Below, piece after piece: positions 8,735-15,820 of a DNA stretch of 18,641 nt (positions are counted from its first letter, which is position 1; each line of letters starts with the position of its first letter). The position numbers and the translations under genes were made by a program. Under the pieces are notes generated by a model. It searched no databases. It was not told the origin of the DNA and was given only the letters and a program-made list of their open reading frames with translations. Source of the stretch: Methanocellales archaeon (lineage in GTDB: Archaea; Halobacteriota; JAWCLZ01); contig JAWCMA010000006.1 of assembly GCA_038850285.1 (NCBI GenBank), positions 18,266 to 36,906 on the forward strand, in the 5' to 3' direction.

Positions 8735-11734
8735 TCACCACCTCAAGGTACTCTGCCAAGCTTCCTTTAAATCGCGAATATTGGCACATATGATTACTTC
8801 CCCATTAATCCCAATTACTTTGAATTCCTCGTGCTCGCAAACTTTACCAATGCAAGCGTAAACATTTCCCTTCATTATTCTTTCAAACTCCACTTGATTC
8901 ATTGGTGCAACTGTGACTATGAATCTGCTCTGAGACTCAGAGAATAAAATATAATCCTCGCGCTCCACCTCTTCCACTGGAACTTTTCGCAGATCTATCT
9001 CCATTCCAAATCCACCGGCAAATGCACTTTCAGCTAGAGCAATAGCCAGTCCGCCGTTTGAAACATCGTGGCAGCTTTCAATTAATTCGCATTCCATAGC
9101 TCTATTTAAAGCGCGATATAATTTCCTTGCTGTTTCCGCCTCTACCTTTGGCACGCTATTACCAATATACCCAAACATAGCATAATACTCAGAGCCTCCG
9201 AGTTCAGGGCGAGTTATCCCCAGTATATATATCAAGTCCCCAGGGGCTTTCGCATCCATTGAAACTGCCTTTCTCACATCCTTTATTTTTCCAATCGCAG
9301 TGATAAGAAGAGTAGGAGGCCCTGAGATTTTATGCTCCACTCCCTTTTCATCTCTATATTTATAGTCAATGGACATGCTATCCTTACCTGAGATGCAGGG
9401 CGTGTTATAAGCAACTGAGTAATCATATAAAGCCATGTTTGCTCTTACGAGTTGAGCAAGTTTATATTTACCATCCGGGTTTTTCTCAGGATCATAGACT
9501 GGCGATGGCCAGCAGAAGTTATCATTTAGAGCAATGCAGTTAAGATTTGCGCCCACGGCAATTGCATTTCTAATTGCCTCGTCAATGACGCAAGCTGCCA
9601 TGTGATAGGTATCTATATCTCCATATCTCGGGTTTATACCATTGGCTATAACCACGCCTTCATAGGAATCAAGCAGCGGTCTAACTACTGCTGCATCACT
9701 CGGACCATCATTGGCTATGCCCACGAGTGGCTTAATTACACTTCCCCCCTGCACTTCGTGGTCATATTGCCTTACAACGTATTCCTTGCTGCAGATATTT
9801 AATCTCGAAAGCATCTGCTTTAATACTTCAGTTAAATTCTCAGGGAAAGGTAATATTGGTTCTTCTCGCTTGATAGAGCTAAAGACTGCTTCGAGTTTCA
9901 TTTGAGGCACGCCATTGTGGAGAAAATCCATGTCTAAATATGCAACTGTTCTACCTTTATATAGCACGTGGAATTTCCCAGTGCTTGTAAACTTACCCAG
10001 TACTGTGGCTTCAACTCCTCTCTTCCTCGCTAGTTCTAGGAATTGATGTATTTTTTCAGGTGGCACAGCTAGTGTCATGCGCTCTTGAGATTCCGAGAGT
10101 AAAATTTCCCACGGATCTAAACCCGTATACTTCAAAGGAGCTCTATCGAGATGTAACTCGCATCCTCCACTTAGCTGAGCCATTTCACCTACAGATGAAG
10201 AAAGCCCGCCTGCACCATTATCGGTAATAGCACTATATAGCCCTAGATCTCTTGCTTCAAGCAAGAAGTCATACATTTTTTTCTGAGTAATTGGATCGCC
10301 GATTTGAACCGCGCTTGTAGGAGATAGCTCGTGCAATTCCTCTGAAGAAAAAGTAGCCCCGTGAATGCCATCCTTTCCAATTCTACCTCCAGTCATAACT
10401 ATTAAATCTCCATTGCGGATTTTTTTTATGTGAGATGGCTCATTATTTATCATAGAGGGCATTATGCCAGCTGTGCCGCAGTATACCAGTGGTCTGCATA
10501 GAAAGCGGTGGTCGAAGTAAATTGTTCCATTAACCGTGGGTATGCCACTTTTATTTCCACCGTGCTCCACTCCCCTTCTCACGCCCTCGAAGATTCTCTT
10601 GGGATGAAGCACTCTTGGTGGAAGGTAGCCTGAGTAGAATGGGGAGGCGAAGCAGAAAACATTGGTGTTGAAAATCAACTTCGCTCCCTTGCCCGTGCCC
10701 ATTGGGTCTCGATTTACACCCACTATGCCTGTGAGCGCGCCTCCATATGGGTCTAGCGCTGAGGGAGCATTGTGGGTTTCAACTTTTAAAACTAAATTAT
10801 AACTTTCATTGAATTTTATAACTCCAGCGTTGTCCTGGAACACTGAGACCAAGAAGTCAACATTTTGAGCTATTCTATCGGTAGCTCCTTTTATATATGT
10901 CTTGAAAAGGCTGTCGATGGTAATTTGATTGCCATTTTCATCTTGATATTGAATTAAGGCATTGAAGATCTTGTGCTTGCAGTGCTCAGACCAAGTTTGA
11001 GCAAGTGCTTCTATTTCAACATCCGTTGGCTTATCCTTCAAGCCAGCTTTCTCCCGCTCTCGAATTACCTCAGGTCTTTGGAAGTAGCTAGCTATGGCTT
11101 TCATTTCCTCTAAATTAAGTGCTAATAATCTTCTTTTGCTGATTTCCCAGAGAGCTTCATCTGAAACCGCTAGGTCTATATAATTGACCCTTGGAGCGTG
11201 CTCTTCGCTTACTCTCGGAATGTTTGGAATTACTTTGCTACTCCATTCCCTGAAATTGAAAATCGTCCATCTTTCAATCAATTCATTCGCGAGGAGATCG
11301 CGACAAATTCTTACAATCTCCTCTTTACTAAGCTCCCCTTTAAAGAGATACTGGCGCGAGGTATAAACTGCTTCGCCATCTTGAAATTTAACTCCTAGCA
11401 TGTCCTCGATTGCCTCCATAGCGGTTTTCCCCACGTTATCAGTAACCCCAGGTTTATATCCAACTTCAATGAGCCAGTCAAAGTCTCCAGCTCTCGCAAG
11501 AGGCTTATTCAAGCTAGAGATTTGAATAACTGGATCTGTGAGTTCTCTTTTAATTTCAATAAGCTGAGCCTTAGATAGAGCTTTATCAATGGTGTAAACA
11601 TCGATGGTTCTAACTGCTTTAACACTAGCGATCTTTAAATCCTCAATTATTCGCTTTCTCACGCTATTTCCAGTGACATCCACCACGTTCTTTTTAAAGC
11701 CAATTTGAATAACGCTTGGTCTCAGAAGCTTCAA
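8735..11734 (-). CDS. purL: Phosphoribosylformylglycinamidine synthase subunit PurL with N-terminal PurS-like region
   Basis: AQTWSEHCKHKIF, DNAGVI, KVETHNAPS, DGIHGATFSS, VQIGDP, DNGAGGL, SESQERM, QYDHEV, SGKDS, HDVSNGG. About 165-aa N-terminal extension with KPGVTDNVG / LANELIE PurS-like motifs. TTG start. Confidence 0.95.
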   Translation of the reverse strand: MKLLRPSVIQIGFKKNVVDVTGNSVRKRIIEDLKIASVKAVRTIDVYTIDKALSKAQLIEIKRELTDPVIQISSLNKPLARAGDFDWLIEVGYKPGVTDNVGKTAMEAIEDMLGVKFQDGEAVYTSRQYLFKGELSKEEIVRICRDLLANELIERWTIFNFREWSSKVIPNIPRVSEEHAPRVNYIDLAVSDEALWEISKRRLLALNLEEMKAIASYFQRPEVIREREKAGLKDKPTDVEIEALAQTWSEHCKHKIFNALIQYQDENGNQITIDSLFKTYIKGATDRIAQNVDFLVSVFQDNAGVIKFNESYNLVLKVETHNAPSALDPYGGALTGIVGVNRDPMGTGKGAKLIFNTNVFCFASPFYSGYLPPRVLHPKRIFEGVRRGVEHGGNKSGIPTVNGTIYFDHRFLCRPLVYCGTAGIMPSMINNEPSHIKKIRNGDLIVMTGGRIGKDGIHGATFSSEELHELSPTSAVQIGDPITQKKMYDFLLEARDLGLYSAITDNGAGGLSSSVGEMAQLSGGCELHLDRAPLKYTGLDPWEILLSESQERMTLAVPPEKIHQFLELARKRGVEATVLGKFTSTGKFHVLYKGRTVAYLDMDFLHNGVPQMKLEAVFSSIKREEPILPFPENLTEVLKQMLSRLNICSKEYVVRQYDHEVQGGSVIKPLVGIANDGPSDAAVVRPLLDSYEGVVIANGINPRYGDIDTYHMAACVIDEAIRNAIAVGANLNCIALNDNFCWPSPVYDPEKNPDGKYKLAQLVRANMALYDYSVAYNTPCISGKDSMSIDYKYRDEKGVEHKISGPPTLLITAIGKIKDVRKAVSMDAKAPGDLIYILGITRPELGGSEYYAMFGYIGNSVPKVEAETARKLYRALNRAMECELIESCHDVSNGGLAIALAESAFAGGFGMEIDLRKVPVEEVEREDYILFSESQSRFIVTVAPMNQVEFERIMKGNVYACIGKVCEHEEFKVIGINGEVIICANIRDLKEAWQSTLRW

Positions 11735-11767
11735 ATTTCCACCGGTAATTTCGAGATCAGCCTTGAT

Positions 11768-12286
11768 TTATTTAAAACTATTCTTGAAACAGGGAATGCA
11801 CATTAACTTGCCATATTTCATCCTTAATCTAGTTTCCATCACAGGCTCATTGCATAACTCGCATTTAATTGAAGAATAAATCTCCGCTGGCTTGGGTGGC
11901 GCTATGCTTACTATTTTCACCTCAAATAGCTCTCCATCAGATAGCTTGCGTAGCAGTCTAAGCGATTCCTCCTTCGTTTTACCTCTATGGGATTCTCTCA
12001 AGGAAATTCTAATAGCTCTTCCACTTCTTCGATTAAACACAGTGTAAACCTGCTTTCCATAGTCTTTGAAGTAGAGATTTCCCTTGCCGAATGTTGTACC
12101 TAAAATGCATTGAAAAGCATCAACAGCGCAGGAGTTATTCTCCACAATTGCAGCAATCTCTTCATCCACAGCTCGATTAATGTTGAGCTCCTTCATTGCC
12201 AGCTTCGCAGCTCTATATCCAATATATAAACCTGGACAACTGTGCCCGTGGAATGCAACTGCGCGTTTAAAATCCCCAGTATTCAT
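11768..12286 (-). CDS. fmdE: FmdE/FwdE family protein with C-terminal zinc finger
   Basis: FHGHSCPG, NNSCAVDA, TFGKGNL..KDYGK, and C-terminal CELC...CIPC. ATG 12286 (or TTG 12292) follows SD AAGGTG. Confidence 0.88.
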   Translation of the reverse strand: MNTGDFKRAVAFHGHSCPGLYIGYRAAKLAMKELNINRAVDEEIAAIVENNSCAVDAFQCILGTTFGKGNLYFKDYGKQVYTVFNRRSGRAIRISLRESHRGKTKEESLRLLRKLSDGELFEVKIVSIAPPKPAEIYSSIKCELCNEPVMETRLRMKYGKLMCIPCFKNSFK

Positions 12287-12371
12287 TTCCAAACACCTTT
12301 TATATGCTTAATATTATCACCACTAGCTTTAAATCTCTCTGCGTTTATTGAAATTAAAAAACGGTGGTGAA

Positions 12372-12536
12372 ATGAAGCGAGAAATAGAATTAGCATTTGA
12401 AAGAGCAACGAAGAATACCTATAGATATGCGGAATCCACAGAAGGGAGCGCGGTAATTGGCACCCTCTATGTGCAGAAACACGTTTTCGCTGGGAAGCAG
12501 CCGAGCAAAATAAAGGTAACCATCGAGTGGGAATAA
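12372..12536 (+). CDS. Small hypothetical protein (54 aa, predicted mostly beta)
   Basis: Strong SD GGTGGTGA directly before ATG 12372; TTTAAA at 12328-12333 upstream; protein-like sequence (FERATKNTYRY...IGTLYVQK...IKVTIE). Confidence 0.75.
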   Translation: MKREIELAFERATKNTYRYAESTEGSAVIGTLYVQKHVFAGKQPSKIKVTIEWE

Positions 12537-12559
12537 ACTAGCATAATCCGCTATTCCAA

Positions 12560-12651
12560 TTTGCTTTAAATTATTTGATTATTTTGCTTTAAATCTTAAT
12601 TTTTAAATTATTTGATTATTTGATTATTTTGATTATTTATTTGATTATTTG
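12560..12651. repeat. AT-rich degenerate tandem repeat (TTGATTA x5; TTTGCTTTAAAT x2) between convergent genes
   Basis: TTGATTA at 12575, 12612, 12620, 12629 and 12641; TTTAAATTATTTGATTATTT duplicated at 12565 and 12602. Confidence 0.7.
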
Positions 12652-13388
12652 AAAAACTCAGCTGCGGCTTCAAAGACCTCTCTTGCTTCAGCCTCGCTTG
12701 TAACCCCAATTGCAACACCGCTGACTTTGTCTGCTAAGAACTCAAATGCTTCACGAGGTTTTAAAGCACCTGCTGCAAGTGGTTTAATGGCAATGATTCT
12801 TTTAGAAGAGTTTTTAATTGCACGCAGCGTGGAGCTAAGCGAAGGCTCAGTATAGCGCCCTAGTTTGTTAAGTGGCGCTAGAATTACATCCACTTCCTCT
12901 ATTTCCTCGGCAGCAGGTATTTCAATTCCAGGATTATGGGTTGCTATTCCAGTTAATATACCTCGCGCTTTGATTTCCCGCAAGTGCCTTTTTATACCTG
13001 CGAGATTCCCATACACTAAGTTGGCGTGAATAACTATGCATTTTGCATTCAAACCCAGCATTAATTCGATCTCCTCAGCTATATCCTCCACACCAGCGCT
13101 GCCTAGGATGAAAAGCTCAACGTTGGCTTCCTTCATTGCGCTGGCAATTGGCTCTAAAATTCTCCTATAGCCAATTGGCTGCACTGCATTTATACCGAGA
13201 TCTATGCATTTCTGCACCACTCTTTTAATATTTTCAGGCTGGAGGTAGAAGTGTTTATAATATTCATATGCTCTAGTTCCAAACTGTCCAGCTCCAATGA
13301 ATGGCGAGCAGCCAAGTAAAACTCTAGGCACTCTAAAACCTTTAACCTCAAATGTACCGAGTTTATATTGCTGGAGAAAGGGCTTCAT
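12645..13388 (-). CDS. Conserved hypothetical TIM-barrel protein, aldo/keto-reductase-like
   Basis: 247 aa; VPRVLLG at the N-terminus, GIATHN, VILAPLN, IIAIKPLAAG and VAIGVTSEAEA resemble AKR-fold strands; canonical AKR catalytic residues are not evident. Confidence 0.6.
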   Translation of the reverse strand: MKPFLQQYKLGTFEVKGFRVPRVLLGCSPFIGAGQFGTRAYEYYKHFYLQPENIKRVVQKCIDLGINAVQPIGYRRILEPIASAMKEANVELFILGSAGVEDIAEEIELMLGLNAKCIVIHANLVYGNLAGIKRHLREIKARGILTGIATHNPGIEIPAAEEIEEVDVILAPLNKLGRYTEPSLSSTLRAIKNSSKRIIAIKPLAAGALKPREAFEFLADKVSGVAIGVTSEAEAREVFEAAAEFFK

Positions 13389-13421
13389 CCATTATGGAAT
13401 TAACCTTGTTGGAATAAAATC

Positions 13422-13997
13422 CTAATGGTATCTACCAGCGAGTACCACTATTTCCTCAAAAAAGTATTTCTCCCTCGCAATTCGATTGACTTTAAATCCC
13501 AAGCTGCACATTTTCTGCTCCACTTCTTCTATTCCAGTTATAGATGAAACCACAAGCAATAGCTGCCCTTTTTCGCGCAGATAGCTAGGCGCTTCATATA
13601 AAAATCGATTGATCAAAGTTCTCCCCCCACTCCAAGCTTTCCCCAACCAGCTTCCATTGCTCTCAGCTTCAGATAAAGGTAAATAGGGAGGGTTAAAGAT
13701 TATTACATCAAATTCCTTTTGAGGCTTGAGTCCCGCGAAGAGATCGGTTCTTATTACCTCGAGGCCATTTGCTTTAGCACATCTCACTGCATGTGGATTA
13801 ATATCGGTTGCAATCACCCTTGCTTTATCTTTCAAAAAATTCGCAACAATTCCGCAGCCTGTACCAATTTCAAGTACATAATCGCCGTGCTTTACCACTT
13901 CAAGTGCGGCTTTCAAGATCAAAAATGTATCCTCTGAAGGTGGATAAACATTTTCATCGATAAAAACTTCCTTCTCGAAGTAGCTCATTTTATACAT
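13422..13997 (-). CDS. HemK2/MTQ2 family SAM-dependent protein methyltransferase (putative aRF1 Gln methylase)
   Basis: VYPPSEDTFL, VLEIGTGCG (SAM motif I), DINPHA, IFNPPYLP (NPPY), C-terminal FFEEI. Confidence 0.9.
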   Translation of the reverse strand: MYKMSYFEKEVFIDENVYPPSEDTFLILKAALEVVKHGDYVLEIGTGCGIVANFLKDKARVIATDINPHAVRCAKANGLEVIRTDLFAGLKPQKEFDVIIFNPPYLPLSEAESNGSWLGKAWSGGRTLINRFLYEAPSYLREKGQLLLVVSSITGIEEVEQKMCSLGFKVNRIAREKYFFEEIVVLAGRYH

Positions 13998-14012
13998 AAT
14001 TATATAAGAAAA

Positions 14013-14417
14013 TTATGATATCATTTTAAGTAATTCCTTTGGTATGCTAATCGGTTTCCAGTTCTCATCAACTGTAACCACTGTCATGTAGCCTTTTGCA
14101 ATTAGCTTGCCGTCTTCCTTGCGATTTATCGTGATTTCAAACTTAATTGACTTATCCCTCACCTCGCTAATGCTAACTAGAAGCTCAAGTATATCCCAAA
14201 GTCGAGCTGGCGATTTATATTCACAGTGCACTTCGACTGCTGGGAAATTCAGCTTCTGCTCTCTAACGATTCTCAAAGCTTCCTCGCTTGGTTTAAGCGA
14301 TCTAAAGAAATCCTCAATTGCAATACCGAAGAAGCGAAGGTAATTAGCAAAATATACAATTCGCCATTGATCGACATCGGCAGCTCTAACAATCAATTCA
14401 GTTTTACTGATTCTCAT
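14013..14417 (-). CDS. Acyl-CoA thioesterase (hotdog fold, YbgC/4HBT family)
   Basis: VRAADVDQWRIVYFANYLRFF, CEYKSPAR..D.L, IAKGYMTVV. The likely start is ATG 14417 (TTTAAG about 26 nt upstream) rather than 14486. Confidence 0.85.
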   Translation of the reverse strand: MRISKTELIVRAADVDQWRIVYFANYLRFFGIAIEDFFRSLKPSEEALRIVREQKLNFPAVEVHCEYKSPARLWDILELLVSISEVRDKSIKFEITINRKEDGKLIAKGYMTVVTVDENWKPISIPKELLKMIS

Positions 14418-14504
14418 AATTTTAGCATAAGTATAATGGCTTAAATTTTTTCCCATTTTTCCCAATTTTAATTTAATCTCCCTCATCTAAGCTTAACAGG
14501 GGGT

Positions 14505-14564
14505 AAGGGTTAGATTTAAAAAAGTTCTTGGGGAGGTGAAGAATCTAACCCTTTGAAGGGGTTA
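14505..14564. repeat. 12-bp perfect inverted repeat AAGGGTTAGATT/AATCTAACCCTT plus an overlapping second hairpin
   Basis: Arms at 14505-14516 and 14542-14553 with a 25-nt spacer; TAACCCTT (14546-14553) can alternatively pair with AGGGGTTA (14557-14564). Confidence 0.6.
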
Positions 14565-14667
14565 CGATTATGGCTTTTCCTATATAAAGATATCCATTAG
14601 AATTCAAACAGCGCTAAATAAATATTTCATTAACCAAAAGATATTAACTAAAAGTTAGGGTCAAAAA

Positions 14668-15600
14668 ATGATTTATAATGAAGATGAAGTTATTGCCGCT
14701 ATAGCAAAGGTAAGCCAGAGTGTGGTGAATATTGCAACTGTGCAAATACTGCCAGATTATTACTTCAGAGTCGTGCCCGTAAGCGGAGTTGGCTCAGGGT
14801 TAATAATCGATAGCAGAGGGTATGTGCTTACTAATAGTCATGTTATAGAGAATGCAAAGAAGATAGAGGTAACCTTGCCAGATGCAAAAAAGCTTGTTGG
14901 AAGGGTTGCGGGGATGGATTCAACCAGTGATATAGCGGTGATCAAAATCGAAGGCGAAAAACTAGCGCCAGCTGAAATTGGCAATTCTGATAATCTTAAA
15001 GTTGGGCAGTTCGTTTTCGCTTTAGGCAATCCTTTTGGTTTAGCAGGTGGACCCACTGTTACAGCAGGTGTTATCAGTGCTTTAAATCGAACAATACATA
15101 CCCAACTCGGGGTTTTAGAAAACCTAATTCAAACAGATTGCGCAATTAACCCAGGGAATAGCGGTGGCCCGCTTGTGGATATTAAAGGTAGAGTGATAGG
15201 AATAAATACTGCAATAATTCCATTTGCACAGGGCATTGGATTTTCCATTCCTATTAACAATGCTATTCGAGTTGCAGAAGAGTTAATTCTATACGGCAAG
15301 CCTCTTAAACCTTGGCTTGGAATCGTTGGGCTCGATGTTAATGAAGCCATTGCCTCATACTACAGCCTTTCTGTTAAAAGCGGGATTTTGGTGGTGAAGG
15401 TAATGCCTCTCAGCCCGGCATATGAAGCTGGGATAGCTGGAGGGGATGTAATCTTGGCGATCAATGGGGAAAAGTTAAGCAGCGTGCAGGAACTTCAAAG
15501 AGAAATAAAAAGGCTAGGGGTTAAAAATAAAGCTAGAATCACGCTGATGCGCGATGGAATAAAACAAACCATAGATGCTGTTCTAGCTCAAGCAGCCTGA
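14668..15600 (+). CDS. htrA: HtrA/DegP-like trypsin serine protease with one PDZ domain
   Basis: GSGLII, TNSHV (His), SDIAVIK (Asp), IQTDCAINPGNSGGPL (Ser), PWLGI...SPAYEAGI..GDVI PDZ domain. Confidence 0.92.
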   Translation: MIYNEDEVIAAIAKVSQSVVNIATVQILPDYYFRVVPVSGVGSGLIIDSRGYVLTNSHVIENAKKIEVTLPDAKKLVGRVAGMDSTSDIAVIKIEGEKLAPAEIGNSDNLKVGQFVFALGNPFGLAGGPTVTAGVISALNRTIHTQLGVLENLIQTDCAINPGNSGGPLVDIKGRVIGINTAIIPFAQGIGFSIPINNAIRVAEELILYGKPLKPWLGIVGLDVNEAIASYYSLSVKSGILVVKVMPLSPAYEAGIAGGDVILAINGEKLSSVQELQREIKRLGVKNKARITLMRDGIKQTIDAVLAQAA

Positions 15601-15639
15601 TTTAAATACTTTTAAATCTTAAAATCTTAAATTATACAT

Positions 15640-15717
15640 GCCGTGGTTGAACCGGCCATACAGTTCCGATTAAGGCGGAGCCTGTAGATGAAGAGCTGAT
15701 CTCCCATCCACGGCACA
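15640..15717 (+). ncRNA. Putative archaeal box H/ACA pseudouridylation guide sRNA (predicted target: 16S rRNA helix 34)
   Basis: Basal stem GCCGTGG (15640-46)/CCACGGC (15708-14) immediately followed by ACA; upper stem CAGTTC (15661-66)/GAGCTG (15693-98); K-turn CGA...ATGA; apical AGGC-GGA-GCCT; TTTAAAT TATA at 15611-17 and T-rich tract downstream. Confidence 0.7.
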
Positions 15718-15762
15718 CCTTTATCCTTTATCCTTTATTTTATTAAATTATTTTATTATTAA
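15718..15762 (+). terminator. T-rich terminator with a CCTTTAT x3 tandem repeat, downstream of the sRNA
   Basis: CCTTTATCCTTTATCCTTTATTTTATT... directly after the ACA box. Confidence 0.45.
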
Positions 15763-15820
15763 GAAGATTTAAATCAGAAAAGTGATCACATTATAGCCTG
15801 ATCTCTAAAGGAGAGCATTT

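Noticed and set aside
12560-12651. CRISPR array
   Set aside because: Units are 7-20 bp, abut each other, have no unique spacers, and there are no cas genes.
14418-14486. N-terminal extensions given by the ORF track for the thioesterase (and 5600-5653 for HTH-CBS)
   Set aside because: The extensions cover AT-rich promoter-like DNA; family domains and SD/TATA spacing favour the downstream starts.
15647-15653. Second guide target: UUGAACC could pair with 23S GGUUUAG next to the E. coli U2580 equivalent
   Set aside because: The 3' pocket does not pair with the expected upstream GUGAGC, so only half of the duplex is supported.
15638-15673. 11-aa leader peptide MPWLNRPYSSD, or a T-box-like attenuator for valS
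   Set aside because: No Val codons and no T-box motif; a T-rich terminator and a separate TATA-like TTTAAAT (about 15768-74) lie between it and valS.
15640-15715. tRNA or tRNA-like gene (7-bp terminal stem plus A, about 76 nt; GGTTCAA on the minus strand)
   Set aside because: No valid anticodon arm or correctly placed T-loop on either strand; the K-turn/ACA fold explains the sequence better.
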